Part shown: positions 1 through 9,432 of the stretch, one piece after another
Layout of the letters: the number at the start of each line of letters is the position of its first letter
Position numbering within the stretch: the stretch's first letter is position 1
NCBI GenBank assembly: GCA_024686575.1
Contig: GCA_024686575.1_4863.1
DNA: 64,000 nucleotides
Source of the DNA: a phage
Reading direction: 5' to 3' (one strand)
Notes under the pieces: model-generated
What the model saw: only the letters and a program-made list of their open reading frames with translations
Told to the model about the DNA's origin: nothing
Database searches by the model: none
Translations under genes and position numbers: made by a program

Positions 1-258
1 CGGCAAGAACAGCTGCTCAGGGCGACCATTCACCAGAATCTTCGTTGGTTTCTTACAGAACTTGATAGACACCTTGCGAGTGAAGTCAAAGTTAATAAAG
101 ATACCGCCGTGCTCACGACATATACCAGGTTGATGGATTACAGGTGCTACGTGGTACGTTGTACCATAGTAGTTCATTAAGCCGCCACGACGAATAAACG
201 GCAGGCTCATTGGTCGTTGCACCGGGCGAGGATCACCTGGAACTCGGAACGAGGCCAT
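1..258 (-). CDS. hypothetical protein, partial (start at 258, runs off the window edge)
   Basis: Minus-strand reading frame open from an ATG at 256-258 to position 1 with no stop (translation begins MASFRVPGDPRPVQRP...); not in the ORF track because it is truncated by the window edge. Confidence 0.35.
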   Translation of the reverse strand, partial: MASFRVPGDPRPVQRPMSLPFIRRGGLMNYYGTTYHVAPVIHQPGICREHGGIFINFDFTRKVSIKFCKKPTKILVNGRPEQLFLP

Positions 259-584
259 TACCATATACGTGTCAGTGGATGAGATGTTAATAATTGACCG
301 GCCACGATTATTTCGTGAATTGTTATCCGACTTCGATAACTTAAAGATAAAAGCTTCAAACGGCGACATTTGGCGACAACCTAATACCGTTAACCCTTCT
401 GGTAATTTCGGGTTATCGATTTCATCATACGTCAACTCACGACGTAGAATGGTTGCCACACGATCATGTATCCCATCTTTAGCTTGTGTGTACCCAACTC
501 CTTCTGCAATTGCACGATTAAAAGGCACTATTTCGCCTGCCTCTTTAATCTTCCTAATCGCATCTTTAAACACACCGGCCTCCC

Positions 585-1589
585 TCAGAGAATCATCCCA
601 ACGAGTGCTACCCCTGCAGCCAAATACGCGGGAATGGATTTCAAGAACTCCGAGCTATCTTTTCGCTGATAAGCTCGGGACTCGTATTGGTCTTTACGAA
701 CATCGGAACGCAACTTAAGCTCATTCGTCTGGATTGCGTTAAGGGTGTTAATCCTCTCCTTCTCCAGCGCCAGATTATTAAGTTGCGTACGATAATCGAG
801 GTCTTGCCGATTCTTTTTCTCATCGAGATCTTGCAACTTGGCCTGATACGTGGCTTCCAGCTTCGCACGAACATCTCGCAACTCTGGAATGTTATCGAGC
901 CACCGATAACGCCTCGCTTCATCTTCAGATGCAAACGCCCGGAACGGGGACATCGGGTCATCGAAAGCGTACATTATCATCTTACCCCCTTCGACACACT
1001 CCGCACCACCGATTACCATGTAAATACCCTCGTCGTAATACTTCGATCGAATCGGTTCGACTTCCAACATCGTTGTATAGAACCTCAGCCACTTTAAAGG
1101 TGCTGGGTCTTCGTACTTCTGCACAACTACCACGCCCAAGGCAAATTCTTTACGATCCCCTCCTGGCTTACCAATAACCTCAGAATCGAGTTTTACTGGT
1201 TGAGTAGAGAAAGCCATTCCTAGCTTCTTCAACACCACCAAGTCGCCTCGCATTAACGCACCGATATCATCAACTACATACATCAGCGTTGTTTCGCCGT
1301 TCGTAGTTAATTCCTTACATATCTGCGCATACTGCTTTGGCGAATGTGCGTCGCGCAAACCAGATAGGTTAGCACCGTTCGCAAACACCGTATAGGTCAC
1401 GTAAATCACAATCCCAAATTCCGCCGCTGTGGTGGACGACGGGGCTAAAACAAAATGCCCGCCACTGAGTTCAGTGACGTAAATGGGAAACCCGGTATTA
1501 TTTTCGTACGTGATAGTCTTCGACACGGCACCACGGTGCATGGGCCGCTGGGTTAGCGTTGGCTGAACGTCTAAATCATAACGGTTCAT
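585..1589 (-). CDS. hypothetical protein
   Basis: Track ORF 585..1613 begins at a TTG; the first ATG in frame is at 1587-1589 (MNRYDLD...). The 15-mer promoter-like motif lies 40 nt upstream. No recognisable motif. Confidence 0.5.
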   Translation of the reverse strand: MNRYDLDVQPTLTQRPMHRGAVSKTITYENNTGFPIYVTELSGGHFVLAPSSTTAAEFGIVIYVTYTVFANGANLSGLRDAHSPKQYAQICKELTTNGETTLMYVVDDIGALMRGDLVVLKKLGMAFSTQPVKLDSEVIGKPGGDRKEFALGVVVVQKYEDPAPLKWLRFYTTMLEVEPIRSKYYDEGIYMVIGGAECVEGGKMIMYAFDDPMSPFRAFASEDEARRYRWLDNIPELRDVRAKLEATYQAKLQDLDEKKNRQDLDYRTQLNNLALEKERINTLNAIQTNELKLRSDVRKDQYESRAYQRKDSSEFLKSIPAYLAAGVALVGMIL

Positions 1590-1628
1590 TGAGCATCCCA
1601 GTAATAATACCAAAAGAATTATTCACGT

Positions 1629-1643
1629 AGATAATATCTATCT
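1629..1643 (-). promoter_or_regulatory. conserved 15-mer AGATAATATCTATCT (promoter-like), copy 1
   Basis: Exact 15-mer, 40 nt upstream of the ATG at 1589. Confidence 0.55.
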
Positions 1644-1694
1644 CAGATTACTTTGGGCACGGGTTCATACCCAGTGCCCGTAACGTAAAAAACT

Positions 1695-2393
1695 TTAGGG
1701 TATTAGGCGTTGGGCTATTTCGCGGAGTTGGTCGCGGGTTAAATCAGCCAACTTCTGGTCGCCGAAGCCCAACTTCAGACCCAGCTCGTACCCAGCTTGC
1801 GGATACGTGTTCGTGTTTGCTACTGAGAGGAGTGCATCGGCTATCTTTACCATCGTTAACTCGAGAGACGCATACGGGGCGGGGATCGGCTGATTCACGA
1901 TTTGGTAATTATAACGCACTGCGGCGTTATCGTAGTCAAACTCCATCCTTCTGCCGAGAACGTTAAACGACTCCGCAGAATAACTACCAAGTGGGTGATT
2001 GGCTTTTTCCCACAAATCTTTCCGTTCAGTAAACCCAGTCGCGAAGTTCTGACGTATGGTGTCGAATATTTGCGTTGCCTGGCTAGGGTGTATATTTTTC
2101 AGCTCATTGTAGTCGTAGTCGGCGATGGAATATAGAGTGAACACAACACCGTTTATATTTAACTGCGGATAATCCATCCGCAGACTGTCATCACCTTGTA
2201 AATGAAGTTCCCACATCCTTACCCACTGCAATATCGCGCTTACCGCATCGTGACTGAGATAAAAATTAGTAGGTTCTTCAGGATTTTCACGGAAGGGAAC
2301 AGAGCATTCCGATACAAAAAAGCCGGCTGCCATAAATCCTCTGCCGTCGAACATAGGCGCAACTAATCTTGATTTTTCTAAATTGATTACCAT
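1695..2393 (-). CDS. hypothetical protein
   Basis: 232-aa ORF with ATG start preceded by AAGGAG at 6-nt spacing; 15-mer motif 41 nt upstream. Confidence 0.6.
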   Translation of the reverse strand: MVINLEKSRLVAPMFDGRGFMAAGFFVSECSVPFRENPEEPTNFYLSHDAVSAILQWVRMWELHLQGDDSLRMDYPQLNINGVVFTLYSIADYDYNELKNIHPSQATQIFDTIRQNFATGFTERKDLWEKANHPLGSYSAESFNVLGRRMEFDYDNAAVRYNYQIVNQPIPAPYASLELTMVKIADALLSVANTNTYPQAGYELGLKLGFGDQKLADLTRDQLREIAQRLIP

Positions 2394-2433
2394 TACTGTC
2401 TCCTTAAGTTAAAACCGAACGACTCTCTCCCTA

Positions 2434-2448
2434 AGATAATATCTATCT
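2434..2448 (-). promoter_or_regulatory. conserved 15-mer AGATAATATCTATCT, copy 2
   Basis: Exact 15-mer, 41 nt upstream of the start at 2393, just downstream of the terminator for the 766-aa gene. Confidence 0.55.
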
Positions 2449-2460
2449 ATAAATTTTTAG

Positions 2461-2498
2461 AAAAAAAGAAAAAGCTTACTCCCCGAAGGGAGTAAGCT
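2461..2498 (-). terminator. rho-independent terminator
   Basis: Perfect hairpin AGCTTACTCCC-CGAA-GGGAGTAAGCT followed on the minus strand by a T-run (plus-strand A-run 2461-2472); directly downstream of the 766-aa gene. Confidence 0.7.
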
Positions 2499-2528
2499 AA
2501 TCTTAGGCAACGTAATCCTTACGGATTA

Positions 2529-4829
2529 TTAGCCGCCAGCGCCTTCACCGCCAGTACCTGGCTGGGTAGCACCGCCGCCAACATCACCAGCATTACCACC
2601 GTCAGTACCGCCGGTACCGTTGGAAGTAGTAGTGACGTTGAACGCCAGTTTCTCTTCCACGAACTTGGTGATACCTTTAATCCAGATCAGACCAGTGATC
2701 GGGCAGTGGCAGATGTGCGCGTTACGAGGCTGTACTGCCAGCTCTTTGCTGGTAGCGCCGTTACGCTGGATGTTGATGTTGGTTACCATGATCGGAGACC
2801 AGAAGTGGTTACCCCAGTTCAGAACACAGTAAGAACCATCATCAGCGGTTGGAACTTTCAGAACCCACTGCAGGCGGCGAGTCCAGCTGCCGTCAGCTTC
2901 GTTCTTCACACGCCAGCGGTCATCGTTGGTGGTGATAACTTCGTACTCGTAGCGATCGCCCAGCAGACGCTGGTCACCCTGAACCAGCAGCAGCATTGCA
3001 GCAGTCGGTTCGTCAGTTGCGATAACAACTTTCGGCAGTGCGTTCGGGTCCGCAGTCAGCAGGCGCAGAGCCGGCATGAAGCGAGAGTCCTGGATAGCAC
3101 GAGTTACCTGGTCACCGATACGCTGTACCAGACCCTGACGGGCGTTGATGAGCGCATCTTTGGTATCCAGAGACTGGATCACTTTGTCCACTTCGTAGTC
3201 GCTTTCGCTGTACCACGGAGCAACCCAGTGACGGCCCAGGCCGCGGATAGCAGGTTTGTCCCACGGAGTGATCATGGACGCAGCTGCGTTCTTAACCGCT
3301 TCGGTGTAAGACAGAGTCTGAGTGATAGCCAGCATTTCGTTACGGATGTTAACCGCAGAAACGAGGTCGTCCAGACGTTCGGTGTCGTCGTATTCAACGC
3401 CAACCGGAGATTTGGTCATGATCGGAGAACCGTACTGCAGTTTGTAGTTCTCTTGTTCCCAAATCGGGTCGAGCAGAAGGCCCTGGGTTCTCCGGTTCTC
3501 GTTGGTACGAGTACCGTCGAAGCGCCAGCCCAGCAGCTCCAGTTTCAGGTTGTCGATGATGACTTTGCCGGTGCCGCTTTCGATATCAACAGCAGTACCA
3601 GTTGCGTCGTACAGACCTTCGATTTCCAGAGACGGTGCAGTCACGTCAACACGACCAGAGAACTGACCATTGGTGAACAGAGACATGCTGATGTTCATGG
3701 AATAACGAATGGTGTAATCGTTCTGTGCCAGAGCGGCCAGTGCCGGGATTTCAGCACCTTTCCAGTCCAGAGACTTGGCGTTCAGGGAGAACACAGTGCG
3801 ACGGAACTGCAGGACCAGCTCACGGCCATCACCTTCAGGAGGACGCTGGAAGGTAGCGAACTGCATGTCGCGTACGTTCAGTTTGATCAGCGCACCATCT
3901 TTCGCTTCTTCGGCCGGCTTACGCACAGACAGCAGCAGGCTACCCAGCGCTGCACCCGGTGCGATTTCGTCGGTTTCATCGTAACCTTCCTGCACGATAC
4001 CCGGATGGGCAGACAGCTGGAACAGGTTCAGACGACGCTCAGAGAAGCTCAGGTAGTTGGTCGGATACGCCGGCACACGACCCAGCTGAACGTTTTCGTT
4101 TTCGATGATGTCTTCGGATACGAAGAACTTCGCGTTCTCACCGGTTTCCATCACGTAAGGTACGATACGGATAGCATCGTCCTGCAGGACTTTGTGGTTA
4201 GACAGCGCGTTATGCAGCGGCTGACGGTTGTCTTCAACCACGTCTTTGGTCAGCAGGGCGTTCAGGATACCACGAGTTACAGTAGTAACTTTGGTACGAA
4301 CGGTGATCCCGACGTCGTTGGTGTCCACAGTGATGGTCGGGAACAGGGTTTCTGCAAACTTGGATTGAGTTTCCAGAGCACGCACGTTCAGCGTCCAGGT
4401 CAGACCCAGGTTTTTGTCCAGGTCTTTGTTGGTGTAGTATTCGGTTGCGACCAGCGGAGTTTTACCGTAGTCAGCAGCCAGGGATGCTGCACCAGAAATA
4501 GCGATCGGCATATAGCTGGCGTATTCCGGCTTCGCGCTCTCAGCAGCAACACGGGTCATGAAGTCATCTTCGTGACCGGCAGCAGCCAGAATCATCGCAG
4601 AAGCAACCTGAGCAGCGTGGCTCATGGTTTTGCCAGGGTTTACAGCTTCGTAGTGCTGCTGAGCAGTGTCACGCAGGTTGGTGAAGCCGGCAGCATTTTT
4701 ACGTACAGATTCGCCAACGGCTACGGTTTGCCATACGTCATTAGCGGAAGAGCCTGCCTTGGCAGCAGCGACCAGAGCATTGCCCTGCTGAACCAGCTGG
4801 TCCAGACTAGCGATACGGGTATCTTTCAT
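2529..4829 (-). CDS. large virion structural protein candidate (possibly major capsid protein)
   Basis: 766-aa ORF with ATG start, followed by a strong rho-independent terminator; size matches the roughly 750-aa major capsid proteins of phiKZ-like phages; Gly-rich C-terminal tail. Function inferred from size and context only. Confidence 0.55.
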   Translation of the reverse strand: MKDTRIASLDQLVQQGNALVAAAKAGSSANDVWQTVAVGESVRKNAAGFTNLRDTAQQHYEAVNPGKTMSHAAQVASAMILAAAGHEDDFMTRVAAESAKPEYASYMPIAISGAASLAADYGKTPLVATEYYTNKDLDKNLGLTWTLNVRALETQSKFAETLFPTITVDTNDVGITVRTKVTTVTRGILNALLTKDVVEDNRQPLHNALSNHKVLQDDAIRIVPYVMETGENAKFFVSEDIIENENVQLGRVPAYPTNYLSFSERRLNLFQLSAHPGIVQEGYDETDEIAPGAALGSLLLSVRKPAEEAKDGALIKLNVRDMQFATFQRPPEGDGRELVLQFRRTVFSLNAKSLDWKGAEIPALAALAQNDYTIRYSMNISMSLFTNGQFSGRVDVTAPSLEIEGLYDATGTAVDIESGTGKVIIDNLKLELLGWRFDGTRTNENRRTQGLLLDPIWEQENYKLQYGSPIMTKSPVGVEYDDTERLDDLVSAVNIRNEMLAITQTLSYTEAVKNAAASMITPWDKPAIRGLGRHWVAPWYSESDYEVDKVIQSLDTKDALINARQGLVQRIGDQVTRAIQDSRFMPALRLLTADPNALPKVVIATDEPTAAMLLLVQGDQRLLGDRYEYEVITTNDDRWRVKNEADGSWTRRLQWVLKVPTADDGSYCVLNWGNHFWSPIMVTNINIQRNGATSKELAVQPRNAHICHCPITGLIWIKGITKFVEEKLAFNVTTTSNGTGGTDGGNAGDVGGGATQPGTGGEGAGG

Positions 4830-4841
4830 TTCAAGTTTACC

Positions 4842-5366
4842 TTATTTAGATAAATGACATGCGTACAACTGCGTCAGCACTTCGTGCGCAGCAAACTGCG
4901 TCGACGTACTGAACGTATCATCCACGACACGAGTCTTGGGACGCATATATTTAAAAAGTTCTGCGCAGAACATCTTTTTCGCAGCGTGGTCTTCACTTAA
5001 AGAAAAACCCGGTCCGGATTTAGCTTCTGCAAAAGACGCCACAACAACATCGCCACGTTGTGAGAACACCCAACGTAAACGACCGTCGAATGATTCCCCA
5101 TATAAATCAGCAAGGGTTTCATTCGTACCTTTCTCAACCAGGTTTAAGACCTGGTCATAATAAAGAGTCGGAAGTGCAGGTGGTGCCATAATCGATTTAT
5201 AAATCGAAATAGGGTCACTCACTGGCAGTATGATGGAACTAAAGCCCGACGAGCAGTCATATAACCAGTTAAAGAAGCTTGCTTGGAGTTCCTCCAACTT
5301 TTTAACGCCAGCCCCTTTATCTATGTTAGATTGAACTTCCCACGGTGGACTAAAACGAATTTGCAT
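4842..5366 (-). CDS. hypothetical protein
   Basis: Track ORF 4842..5420 would overlap the divergent + gene start; the internal ATG at 5364-5366 (MQIRFSPPW...) avoids this. Start uncertain. Confidence 0.4.
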   Translation of the reverse strand: MQIRFSPPWEVQSNIDKGAGVKKLEELQASFFNWLYDCSSGFSSIILPVSDPISIYKSIMAPPALPTLYYDQVLNLVEKGTNETLADLYGESFDGRLRWVFSQRGDVVVASFAEAKSGPGFSLSEDHAAKKMFCAELFKYMRPKTRVVDDTFSTSTQFAAHEVLTQLYACHLSK

Positions 5367-5380
5367 TTTAAGGATGCTCC

Positions 5381-6943
5381 ATGAATAGTAAAATGATGTT
5401 GATAACCGCCTTAGCCGCACTGTATACAGAATCTATGCTGACGGACCCTAGCAAGGATCATGATGTCATAAGAAAAGTTCTGATGCAGATCAAGCTTCCG
5501 GAATATGCGGAAGATGGCGAAGAGCGCTTTGCACTCATCGAGATCAAGGACATTATCACATCTATCATAGACGGCGGCATGGAATACGACCACGCGAGCG
5601 TTATGAAGCGCTTGAAGCTGGCCACCACTCAAGTACGTCCTCTATACGATACGATTACCAAATTCCTCGAAGACGATTTGCCCGAGGAAGAAGACAAACG
5701 TACCGAGCATCTTAATCGACAACTGTCTCAATATTATTTCCAATTACGTCAATGTTTACAGAGCGTCGAACTCAAAACAAAAATGGGTCGCGCGTTCGGA
5801 GCATTGAATGGAACTGAGACACGTGTTGATCTGAACACCGCAGTGCTCGAACTCAAAGAGGCGTTATCTACGTTCGGTGAACGCTCTCATAATAAGATTC
5901 CATCATTGGTCGGTGAGCTGGTTACAGATAATCGTGCTCCGTTTGTTAAAGTGTTCGACTCGATTAACAAGAAAGCTGCAGGTAATGGTTTGCAGACGGG
6001 CTGGAAAGCCATTAACCAAATGCTCGGTTGTAACAAAGGGATTACCGAAGAACTGTGGCTAATGCCAGCGTTACCTTTTAACTGTAAGTCTTTGTTCAGT
6101 CTCTTGCTGAGCCTATCGATTCCTATCTTCAACACGCCTGAGAAAGTAATGGCGGATGTGAAGGGCACACTGCAACCAATTATTCTTGACTTGAGTTTAG
6201 AAAACGAACTCGACGTTAACTTAGCTTACGGCTATCAAGCTCTGTACGGTCATTTTGAAGGACAAGTTCCACAGATGACCATTTCACAGGATGCAACCGC
6301 TGAAGAGAAGTTAGCACACACAACAGCAATGTCTGATTACCTCTGTGGTAAGATTCGCGCAAACGGTTGGGACTACGTTTTCCAAAAGCACACCAACTCT
6401 GATTTTAAAGTGCACTACATCAACGACCTTATTCTCGACTTACGTCGTCGCGGTTATCATGTTGTTGGCATTCGCGCAGACTACTTAGGCACAATCAGCA
6501 AAGCAGGACACGGCAACGGTATTGCCGGGAGTGATATCAAAGAAATTTATCGTATTGCTCGTAACATTCAAGTGGTGCGCAACCGTGGGTTCTTAATTGC
6601 CCCACACCAGATTTCCCCAGAAGGTAAGCGCTTAAAAGCGTTAGACCCGGTAGGCTTCTGTAAGAACTTACCTGGTCGTGGTCTTTACGATAGTTGTTCG
6701 AGCCTTGATAACGAGGCCGATGGTGAAATGTATTTTAACAAGCGTGTGGTCAACGGCCATAGCTTCTTAGAAGTTCAACGCGGTAAACACCGCACCATTA
6801 TCGATACTAAAGAATCTTATCACTACACAGTGATACCTTTCCAGGATGTAGGCATCCTGCCTTGGGATTGTGATAAAGAAGAAACCGTAACAGCGTCGTC
6901 TATCAACTTCTTCACCGGTGGAATGGGTGATGATTTGTTCTAA
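5381..6943 (+). CDS. hypothetical protein
   Basis: 520-aa ORF, ATG start with AAGGATG-like RBS region; followed by a hairpin at 6952-6969. No recognisable catalytic motif. Confidence 0.6.
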   Translation: MNSKMMLITALAALYTESMLTDPSKDHDVIRKVLMQIKLPEYAEDGEERFALIEIKDIITSIIDGGMEYDHASVMKRLKLATTQVRPLYDTITKFLEDDLPEEEDKRTEHLNRQLSQYYFQLRQCLQSVELKTKMGRAFGALNGTETRVDLNTAVLELKEALSTFGERSHNKIPSLVGELVTDNRAPFVKVFDSINKKAAGNGLQTGWKAINQMLGCNKGITEELWLMPALPFNCKSLFSLLLSLSIPIFNTPEKVMADVKGTLQPIILDLSLENELDVNLAYGYQALYGHFEGQVPQMTISQDATAEEKLAHTTAMSDYLCGKIRANGWDYVFQKHTNSDFKVHYINDLILDLRRRGYHVVGIRADYLGTISKAGHGNGIAGSDIKEIYRIARNIQVVRNRGFLIAPHQISPEGKRLKALDPVGFCKNLPGRGLYDSCSSLDNEADGEMYFNKRVVNGHSFLEVQRGKHRTIIDTKESYHYTVIPFQDVGILPWDCDKEETVTASSINFFTGGMGDDLF

Positions 6944-6951
6944 CGAACACT

Positions 6952-6969
6952 GGGGAGCTTAGGCTCCCC
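6952..6969 (+). terminator. stem-loop downstream of the + gene (weak terminator candidate)
   Basis: GGGGAGC-TTAG-GCTCCCC hairpin 9 nt after the stop at 6943; no clear U-tract. Confidence 0.3.
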
Positions 6970-7260
6970 TACGGGCAGTTTATGCGTCCTGCCGAGATCA
7001 AAAAAAATACGACGAACTATTTATATGCGTGGAATTACCCGAGTGCTAGAACACTCGGGTATAATTATTCCAGGCAAATATTCCTGTTATCTCTTGTTGA
7101 GTATTATCTCACCTCCTAGTCCTTTAATGGTACGGGTGGAAGTCTGCGGTTGGCGGGTAACCTCTTGCAGACGTTGTTGAAAAGCGACTTGTTTCAGCTG
7201 TTGCTGACGCAGTTGTTGCATAAAGGTATTCATGTTAACCTCTAGGTGGATGTGAATAAG

Positions 7261-7300
7261 CTCTCTCCTTCGGGAGAGAGCACCTTTTATTTTCTTTTCG
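7261..7300 (+). terminator. rho-independent terminator (+ strand)
   Basis: Hairpin CTCTCTCC-TTCG-GGAGAGAG followed by a T-rich tract CACCTTTTATTTTCTTTT. Confidence 0.55.
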
Positions 7301-7340
7301 GAAAATAAATATAAAGCCCTCTTACCCGAAGGTAAGAGGG
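7300..7340 (-). terminator. rho-independent terminator (- strand)
   Basis: Hairpin CCCTCTTACC-CGAA-GGTAAGAGGG with a T-rich tract on the minus strand; immediately downstream of the stop at 7347. Confidence 0.6.
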
Positions 7341-7346
7341 GTACTA

Positions 7347-8207
7347 CTACGGTTTATAATCAACTTCGTTGATCTCACCGCAAGCCGGACAAGCAATGTT
7401 CATTGTCTGCGAAGTGTAGCGATGGGTTCTCGGTACTGTAGCGACATGGTTGCGGTTACAGCCGGAACACGTCCAACCGACCACTGGTGCCTTCGATTGT
7501 TTCGGGGCAGGAGTGTCTTCTTTTAACAATGCGACTACCGCGTGAAATTTACGAAGTTCTGCGTTAACATGCGCTTCCCAGTCGGCGTCCAAACGCGCCG
7601 TGAACCAACGTTGAATCTTCTGGCCAAGGCCGTCTTGATTTTCTTCTTCATGGGACATCACAAACTTGAGATTTGCGCGACCCCACTGCACAACGTTCTC
7701 TACTTTAATCCCGTCTACGGTGTCGCTGATTGGCGTATAGTTAAAAGTTGGATAGGTGAGATAACAAGCTTCAGCTGTTGCAAAGACCGTATTGCCTTCA
7801 AACAGCGCCATGGCCTCATCGCCCTTAGCATCCTTCTGTGCGGCTTCCAATCGTGGGCAATGGAAACCTTCAAGTTGCTGGATTTTGGTCGTTAGCGCAT
7901 TGATACCCTGCAGCACAGCGATACGCTTTTTGCTGTCTGTAATGGTTGCCATTACCTTGCACAACGCGCGCGAGATAGCGCTATACATTGACGTTTTGCG
8001 GTTTTCATCGAGGAAACGCTCTTGCTGCTCCAGGTCGTAAGAAGACAGGCCGTAGCTCTGCCCTTCGACCAACACGACGTAAGTACGACGTTTGTCGCGG
8101 TCCAGCTGGACAATGGCCGCATCGGTTAACGGATCGCTAGCCAATACTTCGTGGTCGGGAGGTAGGGGGAAATCTGAACTTTTGATGAAATCAGTAATGC
8201 TGTACAT
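7347..8207 (-). CDS. hypothetical protein with C-terminal zinc-ribbon (CxxC...CxxC)
   Basis: 286 aa; C-terminus CSGCNRNH...CPACGEINE has two CxxC pairs; terminator hairpin directly downstream. Confidence 0.55.
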   Translation of the reverse strand: MYSITDFIKSSDFPLPPDHEVLASDPLTDAAIVQLDRDKRRTYVVLVEGQSYGLSSYDLEQQERFLDENRKTSMYSAISRALCKVMATITDSKKRIAVLQGINALTTKIQQLEGFHCPRLEAAQKDAKGDEAMALFEGNTVFATAEACYLTYPTFNYTPISDTVDGIKVENVVQWGRANLKFVMSHEEENQDGLGQKIQRWFTARLDADWEAHVNAELRKFHAVVALLKEDTPAPKQSKAPVVGWTCSGCNRNHVATVPRTHRYTSQTMNIACPACGEINEVDYKP

Positions 8208-8209
8208 TT

Positions 8210-8626
8210 TTAGTCCTTAAGAGAGTTAATAAAGTCATCTAAACTAATATCACGGAATGGGAAGTAAACACCTTCAAGCGGGATCGTGTAGTGTTCACTA
8301 ATGGCACGTTGCCAATCCAGAACAGTTGCGGGGTAGTTCACAACCTCAAAGTTAGGATGCGTAATTGGCGGAATTGCGTTGTAAACATAGCCGTTGATAT
8401 TTTTCGATGGGAACGCTGCACGGAACTTCGGCTCCATGTAGAACATTTCCTCTTTTACTTCCTGGCCTTCCCAGAAACGATAACCGCCCTTACCGTCAGG
8501 AATATAAATCGCCTTGTCACGGGGTATAGGGGAATCCTTGGATAGCGGAACAAATCGTCCGTACTGGTCAAGAACCATCCAGTCGGTGTCATTCTTTAAA
8601 TACTTTTGGAGCTTCTCATTAATCAT
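8210..8626 (-). CDS. hypothetical protein
   Basis: 138-aa ORF packed 2 nt downstream of the previous gene. Confidence 0.5.
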   Translation of the reverse strand: MINEKLQKYLKNDTDWMVLDQYGRFVPLSKDSPIPRDKAIYIPDGKGGYRFWEGQEVKEEMFYMEPKFRAAFPSKNINGYVYNAIPPITHPNFEVVNYPATVLDWQRAISEHYTIPLEGVYFPFRDISLDDFINSLKD

Positions 8627-8685
8627 TTTTCACGTTCCTTAGGCAAAAAATAATACCACCCGTAGGTGGTATTAAATTATCTATA

Positions 8686-8874
8686 CTACTTCTTCCCGAG
8701 TTCCCCACGGAACTTCGCCAGCTCTTCTTTCCAGTCCGGCTTCGGTAGTGCGCTTTTCGGCCCCACGATAAATGTGCGTTCTGAGGTTTGTGGATTCACC
8801 TCTACTGTTTCGTTATCTTCCACTTCACGAAGCATGATTCCGTTTTTACCATCGTAATTAACTAAAACGCCCAT
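8686..8874 (-). CDS. hypothetical small protein
   Basis: 62-aa ORF; its start overlaps the stop of the upstream small gene. Confidence 0.35.
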   Translation of the reverse strand: MGVLVNYDGKNGIMLREVEDNETVEVNPQTSERTFIVGPKSALPKPDWKEELAKFRGELGKK

Positions 8875-9056
8875 TAGTAAATCTCCTGCTGCATTGGAAA
8901 TACATTACCTGTCGGTGAGACAAGTAAAACTTGCGCGGTAACGTGAACGATTTCTTCTTCGTCCTGACGACGAACACCGTTAGTGAGATTATCCCACTCA
9001 CGTTTAAAACGCGGGTGAGATAAGAACTCGGCAAACTCCGTATCAGAAAAGTCCAT
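8874..9056 (-). CDS. hypothetical small protein
   Basis: Internal ATG at 9054-9056 overlaps the TAA of the upstream small membrane-protein gene (TAATG coupling); the track ORF 8874..9074 starts further upstream. Confidence 0.35.
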   Translation of the reverse strand: MDFSDTEFAEFLSHPRFKREWDNLTNGVRRQDEEEIVHVTAQVLLVSPTGNVFPMQQEIY

Positions 9057-9199
9057 TAGCCGCGACCTGTACACATGGCAACAGAGTTACCGTTATCGAT
9101 GCACTTGTTGTAATCTTGAGTTACAGTGATGGACAGTACCGCGAAAGCAACAACAGCAACGATGGCAAAGATGGCACGTTTATGGTTACGAGTTAACAT
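9056..9199 (-). CDS. small hydrophobic (single-pass membrane) protein, 47 aa
   Basis: Not in the track (<60 aa). ATG at 9197-9199 preceded by AAGGAG at 7-nt spacing; translation MLTRNHKRAIFAIVAVVAFAVLSITVTQDYNKCIDNGNSVAMCTGRG has a clear hydrophobic helix; 26-mer motif about 50 nt upstream. Confidence 0.45.
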   Translation of the reverse strand: MLTRNHKRAIFAIVAVVAFAVLSITVTQDYNKCIDNGNSVAMCTGRG

Positions 9200-9250
9200 G
9201 GCAATACTCCTTTAGATTAATAGTCGATTGAGTTGATAGATTGTCTTCTA

Positions 9251-9276
9251 TCACCTAGGTAATATATATCTGAAAT
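9251..9276 (-). promoter_or_regulatory. conserved 26-mer TCACCTAGGTAATATATATCTGAAAT, copy 1
   Basis: Identical 26-mer also at 17753-17778; shares the TAATAT..TATCT core with the 15-mer; upstream of the small membrane-protein gene. Confidence 0.5.
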
Positions 9277-9295
9277 TATTTTTATTCAGAGTACA

Positions 9296-9347
9296 CCCTC
9301 TATAACGCTCTCAAACGCGTTTTGAGAGCTTTTATCACTATAGAGGG
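9296..9347. repeat. nested near-perfect palindrome (operator- or origin-like)
   Basis: Outer arms CCCTCTATA / TATAGAGGG and inner arms GCTCTCAAA / TTTGAGAGC around a CGCG centre, in a roughly 240-bp noncoding region. Confidence 0.5.
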
Positions 9348-9397
9348 CGTTCTACCGTTAGAGTGGCTTTAGAAGGTTGTGAGTGCGTTTAGAGGGC
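9341..9397. repeat. short direct repeats TTAGAG(G/T)G, four copies (iteron-like)
   Basis: TATAGAGGG, GTTAGAGTGG, TTTAGAAGG, GTTTAGAGGG spaced 12-19 nt, next to the palindrome. Confidence 0.35.
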
Positions 9398-9432
9398 TAA
9401 AATAAAGAGACCTGGTCTCACAAGGAGACCAG
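9396..9432 (-). terminator. rho-independent terminator
   Basis: Hairpin CCTGGTCTC-ACAAG-GAGACCAGG followed on the minus strand by a T-rich tract; downstream of the stop at 9441. Confidence 0.55.

Noticed and set aside
269-718. 149-aa + strand ORF
   Set aside because: Overlaps the 3' end of the minus-strand gene 585..1589, has no RBS and a low-complexity translation; the flanking minus-strand partial gene (1..258) is more credible.
1653-1680. Inverted repeat GGGCACGGG...CCCAGTGCCC
   Set aside because: Stem is imperfect and has no adjacent U-tract on either strand, so it is not called as a terminator; it may still be an RNA processing site.
2706-4853. 715-aa ORF on the + strand
   Set aside because: Lies entirely antisense to the 766-aa minus-strand gene; its translation is low-complexity and Val/Arg/Gln-rich, typical of a shadow ORF.
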